Below are positions 50,315-59,584 of a stretch of 59,584 nt of DNA, piece after piece. The DNA is from Macrostomum lignano (Eukaryota): positions 1 to 59,584 of the forward strand of contig NIVC01001417.1 of the NCBI GenBank assembly GCA_002269645.1, given 5' to 3'. The stretch's first letter is position 1. Every line of letters starts with the position of its first letter. The notes under the pieces are model-generated. The model ran no database searches. It was not told the origin of the DNA and saw nothing but the letters and a program-made list of their open reading frames with translations. Position numbers and translations under genes: made by a program.

Positions 50315-50654
50315 GTAAAAGAGTTCAACTACAAGCAGGTGAAAACCAAGAAATTTCCGGACTGGAACCAGGGCGATGCGGACCAGTGCCTGGTGTGCCA
50401 CCCGGGCCAGACCACCACCCTGCTATTGAAAAATGTCGACCAACGTGGCCCATCCATAATTGCCACCAAGTTTAATCGGGACGGCTCTTCGCTAAGCAAC
50501 TTTACCGACAATGTCTCCTCTGCTGCTTCTTCGCCTCACTCTTCTGCTTCTGCTGCTTCTGGAAGTTCCGCCAACAAAAAGCCGACAAGCAATGGCAGGC
50601 GTAAACGCAAAGCTGCAGCCCCATCGGCTGGAAAAAAAGTTGCTTCAACGAAAG
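50315..50654 (+). CDS. TMEM87: TMEM87 exon 2
   Basis: tccag|GTA AAA...ACG AAA G|gtgaat; phases consistent with neighbouring exons. Confidence 0.75.
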
Positions 50655-50699
50655 GTGAATGCGTAAATTTGATTTTGGATATCAACTTCTTTTCTCATC

Positions 50700-51300
50700 T
50701 CCATGGTCACTCGTGACTGTCATCTCCATGGTCACTCGTGACTCTCATCTCCATGGTCACTCGTGACTCTCATCTCCATGGTCACTCATGACTCTCATCT
50801 CCATGGTCACTCATGACTATTTAATCTGTTATCAAAGATCCTAACTTTCTCATCAAAGATCCCAAATTTCTCATTAAAGATCCCAACTTTCTCATTAAAG
50901 ATCCCAACTTTCTCATCAAAGATCCCAACTTTCTCATCGAACATCCCAACTTTCTCATCGAACATCCCAACTTTCTCATCGAACATCCCAACTTTCTCAT
51001 CGAACATCCCAACTTTATCATCAAAGATCCCAACTTTCTCATCGAACATCCCAACTTTCTCATCAAAGATCGCAACTTTCTCATCAAAAATCGCAACTTT
51101 CTCATTAAAGATCGCAACTTTCTCATCAAAGATCGCAACTTTCTCATCAAAAATCGCAACTTTCTCATTAAAGATCGCAACTTTCTCATCAAAGATCGCA
51201 ACTTTCTCATCGAAGATCGCAACTTTCTCATCAAAGATCCTAACTTTCTCATCAAAGATCCCAACTTTCTCATCAAAGATCCTAACTTTCTCATCAAACT
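50700..51300. repeat. 25-bp repeat x5 then 21-bp repeat (AAGATCCCAACTTTCTCATCA)n, TMEM87 intron 2
   Basis: Visible tandem copies. Confidence 0.9.
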
Positions 51301-51341
51301 TGAAAGTTATAAGCTTAGAAATGCTCGCCAACCTTCCGCAG

Positions 51342-51718
51342 CCCCGGCCACCACGCCCGCCCCTCCAGCCGGCAAAGCGGGCCTAATAACTCGCACCTGG
51401 GAAGACGGCATCTACCTATTAGTACTGCACGCCTACGAGTGCGACACCGCTAGTCTGCCAAACAATTTTCAAGTTCGAGCTCGCGTTGAAATTGTCAACA
51501 GGTTTGGCTATTTGTCCGCTATTGACTGGCCCCTGCTGCCGTTCTTCGGCTCAATGTGCCTGCTGTATCTGCTGTTCGGCCTGCTCTGGCTTGGCCTGTG
51601 CGCCAAGTATTGGCGAGAAATGCTGCGCATCCAGTTTTGTATATCCGGCGTTATCTTTCTGGGCATGCTGGAGAAGGCCCTGTTCTATGCCGAATATCAG
51701 AGTATTAATAGCACTGGG
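51342..51718 (+). CDS. TMEM87: TMEM87 exon 3
   Basis: TWEDGIY...GYLSAIDWPLLPFFGSMC...LRIQFCISGVIFLGMLEKALFYAEYQSINSTG|gtgagt. Confidence 0.92.
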
Positions 51719-51769
51719 GTGAGTTTAGTTTTGTATCAGTTCTCCTTACTCTGACCCGTAATTTATAAT

Positions 51770-52910
51770 ATCCATCGTTGGCACCACTCTGACCCATTGC
51801 TGACCAAAGCTGACCCATCGTTAGCACCACTCTGACCCATTGCTGACCCAAGCTGACCCATCGTTGGCACCACTCTGACCCATTGCTGACCAAAGCTGAC
51901 CCATCGTTGGCACCACTCTGACCCATTGCTAACCAAAGCTGACCCATCATAAGCACCACTCTGACCCATTGCTGACCAAAGCTGACCCATCATAAGCACC
52001 ACTCTAACCCATTGCTGACCCAAGCTGACCCATCATAAGCACCACTCTGACCCATTGCTGACCAAAGCTGACCCATCATAAGCACCACTCTGACCCATTG
52101 CTGACCCAAGCTGACCCATCATAAGCACCACTCTGACCCATTGCTGACCAAAGCTGACCCATCGTTAGCACCACTCTGACCCATTGCTGACCAAAGCTGA
52201 CCCATCATAAGCACCACTCTGACCCATTGCTGACCCAAGCTGACCCATCATAAGCACCACTCTGACCCATTGCTGACCCAAGCTGACCCATCATAAGCAC
52301 CACTCTGACCCATTGCTGACCCAAGCTGACCCATCATAAGCACCACTCTGACCCATTGCTGACCAAAGCTGACCCATCGTTAGCACCACTCTGACCCATT
52401 GCTGACCCAAGCTGACCCATCATAAGCACCACTCTGACCCATTGCTGATCCAAACTGATCCATTATCGCCAACACTCTGACCCATCAGTGACCCAAGCTG
52501 ATCCATTATCGCCAACACTCTGACCCATCAGTGGCCCAAGCTGATCCATTATCGCCAGCACTCTGACCCATCAGTGGCCCAAGCTGATCCATTATCGCCA
52601 ACACTCTGACCCATCAGTGACCCAAGCTGATCCATTGTCGCCAGCACTCTGACCCATCAGTGACCCAAGCTGATCCATTATCGCCAGCACTCTGACCCAT
52701 CAGTGACCCAAGCTGATCCATTATCGCCAACACTCTGACCCATCAGTGGCCCAAGCTGATCCATTATCGCCAGCACTCTGACCCATCAGTGGCCCAAGCT
52801 GATCCATTATCGCCAACACTCTGACCCATCAGTGACCCAAGCTGATCCATTGTCGCCAACACTATGACCCATCAGTGACCCAAGCTGATCCATTATCGCC
52901 AGCACTCTGA
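51770..52910. repeat. 43-bp minisatellite (GCTGACCCATCATAAGCACCACTCTGACCCATTGCTGACCAAA)n, TMEM87 intron 3
   Basis: Visible tandem copies with two variant blocks. Confidence 0.92.
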
Positions 52911-52983
52911 CCCATTATTCATCATGGGTGACCTGTATGCGGCAGTCAATCACGCATAGATCAATCGCTCAAATCTCGCTCAG

Positions 52984-53589
52984 GTCAGCGTACGCGGAGC
53001 CGTCATGCTAGCTGAGCTGGTGTCCTGCGTGAAGCGTTCGGTCGCTCGCATGCTGGTCCTGATAGTCTGCCTGGGCTATGGCATTGTGAAACCCCGGCTA
53101 GGCCAGCTGCAGCACAAGGTGATTGCAATCGGACTCGTTTACTTCATCTTCTCAGCCGTTGAGAGCTCCATCAGAGCCATGCGACCGCGGTTTGATCAGT
53201 CGCGTAACGCCTTCTACGCCACCATCCCCCTGGCCGTGACCGACGCCATCATCTGCTGGTGGATCTTCAGCTCGCTGGTGCAGACAATTCGCAACCTGCG
53301 AGTTCGGCGCAACCTGGTGAAGTTGTCTCTGTACAGGCATTTCACCAATACCTTGGTGTTCTGCGTTGTCTGCTCCGTTGTGTTCATGACCTGGACTGTT
53401 AGCAGGCATAAATTCGCGCTCTGCATTGCCGCCTGGCGAGAGCTTTGGATTGATGACGCATTCTGGCATCTGCTGTTCTCCGTCATACTGTTTGTTATTA
53501 TCATTCTGTGGCGGCCTTCGCAGAATAACCAGCGATACGCGTTCACTCCGCTGCTGGATGCTGGAAATGATAGCGATGAGGATGAGGAG
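52984..53589 (+). CDS. TMEM87: TMEM87 exon 4
   Basis: cag|VSVRGAVMLAELVSCVKRSVARMLVLIVCLGYGIVKPRLG...WRELWIDDAFW...LWRPSQNNQRYAFTPLLD..EEE|gtgagg. Confidence 0.95.
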
Positions 53590-53619
53590 GTGAGGGCGCT
53601 GATGACGGATCTAAAATAA

Positions 53620-54660
53620 CCACGTTATGAAATATCCCATTAATCTGTAGTTATGAAAAATCCCATAAATCTGTAGTTATGAAATATCCCATCAATCTGT
53701 AGTTATGAAATATCCCATAAATCTGTAGTTATGAAATATCCCATCAATCTGTAGTTATGAAAAATCCCATCAATCTGTAGTTATGAAATATCCCATCAAT
53801 CTGTAGTTATGAAATATCCCATAAATCTGTAGTTATGAAATATCCCATCAATCTGTAGTTATGAAATATCCCATAAATCCGTAGTTATGAAATATCCCAT
53901 CAATCTGTAGTTATGAAACATCCCATAAAATCTGTAGTTATGAAAAATCCCATCAATCTGTAGTTATGAAATATCCCATAAATCTGTAGTTATGAAATAT
54001 CCCATCAATCTGTAGTTATGAAAAATCCCATCAATCTGTAGTTATGAAATATCCCATCAATCTGTAGTTATGAAACATCCCATAAAATCTGTAGTTATGA
54101 AATATCCCATCAATCTGTAGTTATGAAATATCCCATAAATCTGTAGTTATGAAATATCCCATCAATCTGTAGTTATGAAACATCCCATAAAATCTGTAGT
54201 TATGAAATATCCCATCAATCTGTAGTTATGAAATATCCCATAAATCTGTAGTTATGAAAAATCCCATAAATCTGTAGTTATGAAATATCCCATTAATCTG
54301 TAGTTATGAAATATCCCATCAATCTGTAGTTATGAAAAATCCCATCAATCTGTAGTTATGAAATATCCCATCAATCTGTAGTTATGAAATATCCCATCAA
54401 TCTGTAGTTATGAAATATCCCATAAATCTGTAGTTATGAAATATCCCATCAATCTGTAGTTATGAAACATCCCATAAAATCTGTAGTTATGAAATATCCC
54501 ATCAATCTGTAGTTATGAAATATCCCATAAATCTGTAGTTATGAAATATCCCATCAATCTGTAGTTATGAAATATCCCATTAATCTGTAGTTATGAAATA
54601 TCCCATAAAATCTAGTTATGAAATATCCCATAAAATCTGTAGTTATGAAATATCCCATAC
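53620..54660. repeat. 26-bp minisatellite (TCTGTAGTTATGAAATATCCCATCAA)n, TMEM87 intron 4
   Basis: Visible tandem copies. Confidence 0.95.
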
Positions 54661-54743
54661 ATCAATAGTTATTAAATCTATTAAATTAGAAATTTCTATT
54701 TCTAAAACATCCCAGCAATCTAATTTCAACCTCCCAATACCAG

Positions 54744-54974
54744 GTGGTGATGGACAACCTGGCCGAAGGTGTCAAAGCTCGAGGCTCGGGCGCCTCTGCC
54801 CAGCAACAGCAGCAGCAGCAGCGATCTCGCCAGTCTAGCAAAGGCGAGGACAGCCTACGCTGGGTGGAAGAGAACATACCACAGTCTCTGGTTGAGAGCA
54901 CTCTGCCCTCGCTGCTTCAAGACAGCGACGAGGAAGTACTGACTACTAAATACGAGATGTCGAAGCTGCTGTAA
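54744..54974 (+). CDS. TMEM87: TMEM87 exon 5 (terminal); the joined CDS is 1887 nt, 628 aa
   Basis: ccag|VVMDNLAEGVKAR...DSDEEVLTTKYEMSKLL*; the five exons join in frame. Confidence 0.9.
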   Translation: MVMDNLAEGVKARGSGASAQQQQQQQRSRQSSKGEDSLRWVEENIPQSLVESTLPSLLQDSDEEVLTTKYEMSKLL

Positions 54975-55119
54975 TTGAAATACTAATTGCGTAACTAGAT
55001 GTGTGATTTTCTGGTTTCTTGTGGTGTCACTTAGAAGTTGTTTTATTTATTTATAGAACCTGTCTGAAAATTTGAAGTTACGAGGCTATATACATTCTTA
55101 CGAAATATCCAGATCTGAG

Positions 55120-55650
55120 GTTAAAATCCAGGTGCCAGGTATAATATTCAGGTGCCCAGGTATAATATCCAGGTGCCAGGTATAGTATTAAGGTGCCTGG
55201 TATAATATCCAGGTGCTCAGGTATAATATCCAGGTGCCAGGTATAATATCCAGGTGCCAGGTATAATATCCAGGTGCCCAGGTATAAAATCCAGGTGCCA
55301 GGTATAATATCCAGGTGCCCAGCTATAGAATCCTGGTGCCCAGGTATAAAATCCAGGTGCCCAGGTATAAACTCCAGGTGCCAGGTATAATATCCAGGTG
55401 CCCAGCTATAGAATCCTGGTGCCCAGGTATAAAATCCAGGTGCCCAGGTATAAACTCCAGGTGCCAGGTATAATATCCAGGTGCCCAGGTATAAAATCCA
55501 GGTGCCAGGTATAATATCCAGGTGCCCAGCTATAGAATCCTGGTGCCCAGGTATAAAATCCAGGTGCCCAGGTATAAACTCCAGGTGCCCAGGTATAAAA
55601 TCCTGGTGCCCAGGTATAAAATCCAGGTGCCCAGGTATAAAATCCAAGTG
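55120..55650. repeat. 20/21-bp repeat (CCAGGTGCCCAGGTATAAAAT)n
   Basis: Visible tandem copies. Confidence 0.9.
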
Positions 55651-56336
55651 GCATTTAATTATTGCATCTGAGTATCGAACTAATGATCTATTTCTTGGCT
55701 GGAAAAGTTCGCGAGCAACAAGTATCTTAATAATATATTTATTAACAATTTTAATTTCACTTTGCTAAGCAACTGATATGGATAAAATGTCTATTCATAA
55801 GTTATTATTTACTCAGCCGAAAAAAACTTTTTTCTGCCCAAGTAGTTTCTTTTGTAGTACCTTTTCGTCTTCAATTTTTTGCACTATTAGTTATCCTGGA
55901 GGCTAGAATGTATGCATGGTTTACTTTTCATTTTCATTTATTCACCTGTGTTAAATCAATTTTCTGATATAATAAGTGCTAATTTTTATCATTCAAAATA
56001 CTTCTCGTACTATACCCAATCGATGCGACTACTATGAGTAGGAATAAGCGGACTTTTTAATGTTACACTCGTATTGTATTGAAAAAAAATATGTATACAC
56101 ATTTCAATGATGCCTTGGTGAGTAGTATATTTTGCGTTTTTTATATAAGTTTCATTCCATGACCAATGCGGTTTGATGTTGTTAATTTAAGTATGCTTTC
56201 TGTGTTATTCTTGTATATTAAATATAGTAACTAGTAACTTTCTGTCTGTCTACAGGCATCCTCAGGCAGTCGAATGTGAGTAATAATATGAACTATTTCT
56301 GCTGGAACAAACTGAGATATTATATTGTAGCATTGT

Positions 56337-56576
56337 GCCGTATGCAGAAGCTCTGCCTAGGGTAGTCCGGTCTTGAAAAGCTAGTCTGGACTTGGATTTG
56401 GTTGTTTAGTTCGGCGATGCAGTTTCAATTTCGGCCTGGTTTTCATTTTGTTATTTCTAAAAGATTGATTAAGAGTTATTTTTAGCTACAGAACTAGGGT
56501 AGCTAGACCATAGACTATAGACTGAACTACCCAAGTCCGGACTAGCTAGTCTGGACTAGGCTTTCTGCATACGGCC
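56337..56576. mobile_element. About 240-bp MITE
   Basis: TIR GCCGTATGCAGAA / TTCTGCATACGGC; CATTGT on both flanks (possible TSD). Confidence 0.6.
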
Positions 56577-58723
56577 CATTGTCCCAGCCAGTTGTTGGCC
56601 TGGCTAGGGGCAAGCAATTCAATCCTTTTCATTGTCTATGGCCCAACCTCTGAACTTGGCTGCTCCACAGACCTTTTCTTATGGCCATAAACAATTATCC
56701 CAAAGGCTTGGAAAACTCTGTAGTAATGATCCACACATTAATTTTGCCTATCTTACTACCTGCGTGTCAGCGGGTAAAATGATGATATTTAAGTGTTTTT
56801 TAAAACCCTGATAAGTTCCTCTTTTTAAGCTTGCCTAGTTCCGCGATGCAGTTTTAATTTCGGCCTGGTTTTCATTTTGTTATTTTTTAAAGAAACCTCT
56901 AACAGACCCATTGCAAACGGAGCAAATTTTTGTCATTGCAACTCTTAGCTACTAACTCAAGTAGTCTAGAAAGAGTTGTTATAAATGCGAAATGCGATTA
57001 TAATTTATAAATTGACGCAGATGCGGTCTGGACAGAATTCAATTATTGCACGCATCAGATACGAATCTACGGCCCCTGAGTCGCAGACAATGAACCGCCT
57101 CAAATTGACTTTTTGGCGACTTCTACCACGACATCTCGTTTTTGAGTCGTCTAGATTCACTTCTTTCCTATTATTTTTACCTATGCTACCTACAGCGACT
57201 CTGTGGTTGACTCTGGATGCTTCTTGGCCTCGGTACCGTTTTCATTGGAGAAACGAGACTGTTGCATTCGATCCGCAGTCTATAGCCTTGCTTATTGAAT
57301 TTTGAACTGTATTTTTCCTTCTGTTTTTCTCGGTATAATACCAATATTTTTGCTTTTCTTTGTTGTCAGTTGTTGTTATTTTATTACTACTTGTTTGCTT
57401 CTCTGTCTGTAACTAGCTTAAATGTACAAGACCCGGAGTTTTTTCTTTTTAGTAACTTGCTGGATTCATTTATTCGGGCTTTTTAAACTCGTGTTTAGTG
57501 AATATTTCTGTCTTGTTTCACTGTAGTTGTGCGGTTCGGTAAAAACACATTCTATTTATTTATGGACAAATATGTGTAGCTTGCTACTCAGCGTCTTAAA
57601 CTTGACGATATAATAAATATAACCGACTCACCGTATCTCAATAGAAAAAGGCAAACCTGTGACTCTCTTCAATACTGTCACTAAACAGAATTATTATTTA
57701 TATGTTATTGTTTTGTAAAAAATATTATTATCTTTGTTATTAAAATGGGGCTATTTATGGGCTTAAGGCTCGTTCACACTGTCGTCAAATGAGCCACCAA
57801 ATCGCAGTCCAATGTACTAGTTGTAGGACCCGGAGGTGGGGTGGGGCAGGCCTAAGGCGGATCCCGGTAGGCTGGAACATTTTGAGGTTTTTATAAGTGT
57901 CCATGACTCTGGATGTGTCCACAGTTAAAGGGCTCGCGTGTGGTGCGTGACACGCGATGTTGGATAGGGTTGGATCTAGTGTTTTGAGTGGTTAAGAAGA
58001 CAGGATGAGTTTCTGGCGAACGGTCCGGTTTCCTTGCAATTTTCGAGTAGAGTAGACTAGAGCTTGAGAGTAGAAAATATTGTACATTTAAGCTTAAGTG
58101 AAAAACCGGCTGGCGGAGAAAAGGAGGGAAGGAAAAGAGGGGACAGGGGGACGGCACCGGCCCGCTAGCCAATCACAAGCCGCCGCCGTGGGGAGGGGCT
58201 ATAAGGCAGAGAGAGAGCGTAGGCCAGGCCAGGGTTGAGGCGTGAACCCCCAAACCCGGCCTGACCTAGCCGGGCCAATCAGAGCGCGGGATAGACTGCA
58301 TATAGCACAAAAAAACCAAAGTAGATGTCAACTTAAGCCCGAAGTTTAGCTCCGGACAAAACCGACTTGCAAGTGAAAACTTTCCAAACTTCCGAGCCAT
58401 GCAGCTGCGAGCCAGAAACGCCAGTTGCAGCAAACGCAAATAGTGAGATGAAATTGGCTGTGACACTTTCGAAGCAACAGTTTTGTCCGGGCTTCACTCA
58501 TTCCGGCTCTTAAGAGCGCCAGTTGACCTCCCTTTTCGTCTGTTTGTTACATCAGGAAAGAAAACTCCTCCAGAGTCTGCATTGGAGTTTTTATCGCGTT
58601 ATCGAAAAATAACAAATTTATTCTTTCTATGCAATTTAAAGTTAGTAAATTTTTGTCCTTGACTCCTTGGGTAGCGTTGTGATTTTTTATCATTTAATGT
58701 CAGAAACAAGTTCATCTGTCATC

Positions 58724-59584
58724 TCAGCGAACCAGCTGTGTTTCAATGCATCTGCTGTTGCTGCCTCCTGTGCCGCCGCCGCCGCCGCTTCTGCTGCTGC
58801 TACGGTTAGCTTTGGTCAAAGGAAAATGCCAGAACAGCAGGCGAGCGAATAGTTCTAGAAATTCAAACGTACTAATGATTGATACTCCGAGCCAGAGGCC
58901 GAGAATGCCTCCAATGTCCGACGCCAGATTTCGGTCCGGATAGGCCCAGCTCTCGCGCATCACACTGCCCATTGTAGAATGGGTATAGATTGTCAGTTTG
59001 GCGAACGACTCTCTAAAGGCTGGCTCTCGGTGCTCGTCGGACATTCGACGCTGAATCTCCACCAAGGTGGTCAAATCGTCGCCCTGTTCAGCGGCAAGTG
59101 CGATTGTCCGCTCGACGGCTTCGGCCAGGGCCTGGCTGGTCTCGTTGCAGGCGCTCGGCCAACGGTTCTGCGTGAAGCGCATCTCGTAGCGCACGTTTTT
59201 GCAGCGCAGCGGGCAAACGTCCGGGGCTAGGCCAGACGTCTTCTTGTGAATCTCGCTGACTACGGAATCGTGACAGGCCCTCCGGTGCTCGGCGGCTTGG
59301 TTGCGCTCGATTGCCGCCTCGGCCTCGGTGGCCGCCTGCTGGTCGATGCTCTCCATGAGGCTCTCCGGCTAATGCTGTGGCAGAACGGCACGCTCAGATT
59401 AGAATTCAGATTGGCTGGCAGCGGCAGAGCCTCCGAAACGCAGGAACAGTTAGTGCGCAAGTAGGTTTGGTAAGTGTTGACGAGGCAGTCCCTGATAGTG
59501 TACCTGTACTCAGTGATTCGGTTATACCTGTCGACAAACTTCACCGTTTGAAAGTTAGCATCAAGCGAGCAGTTTTTCAGCACG
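58724..59584 (-). CDS. DEG/ENaC (ASIC-like) sodium channel, 3' part; one 1-nt indel near 59365; 5' end outside the window
   Basis: Y...DC......CSC...LP.....C thumb cysteines; CPLRC..VRY; TM2 SDIGGILGLWLGVSIISTFEFLE with GxS selectivity filter. Confidence 0.93.

Noticed and set aside
51770-54660. Regular 26-43 bp arrays superficially like CRISPR
   Set aside because: Head-to-tail units without unique spacers, inside eukaryotic introns, and no cas genes
59340-59380. Programmed frameshift or pseudogenisation of the ENaC gene
   Set aside because: One missing C in AGCC(C)GGAG restores SPESLMES; consistent with the window-wide homopolymer error pattern

Overview
Eukaryotic (animal) genomic DNA with spliceosomal introns and abundant minisatellites. 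The style suggests a free-living flatworm such as Macrostomum, but this is inference only. Many single-base homopolymer indels look like long-read assembly errors. Main contents: (1) 1-10435, a near-full-length Ty3/Gypsy LTR retrotransposon (5' LTR cut by the window edge) with an unusual layout. It reads gag, acidic spacer, herpesvirus-gB-like envelope (internal signal sequence, furin site, TM), a cytoplasmic tail carrying LYPxI, PTAP and PPxY late-domain motifs, then protease, RT, RNase H and integrase, apparently as one polyprotein. A separate 124-aa N-myristoylated double-RING ORF lies before the PPT. The element appears to sit antisense in intron 3 of a CELF/Bruno gene. (2) Three exons of that CELF gene on the minus strand. 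(3) A TATA-driven small secreted prepropeptide gene, a two-exon DUF4773-like membrane-anchored gene, a complete five-exon TMEM87/GOST gene and the 3' part of a DEG/ENaC channel gene. (4) A Mutator element with about 700-bp TIRs and a 9-bp TSD, carrying a nested solo LTR and flanked by almost CpG-free decayed repeat DNA. (5) About 20 kb of tandem repeats that generate most of the long spurious ORFs. No rRNA, true tRNA or CRISPR array was seen.
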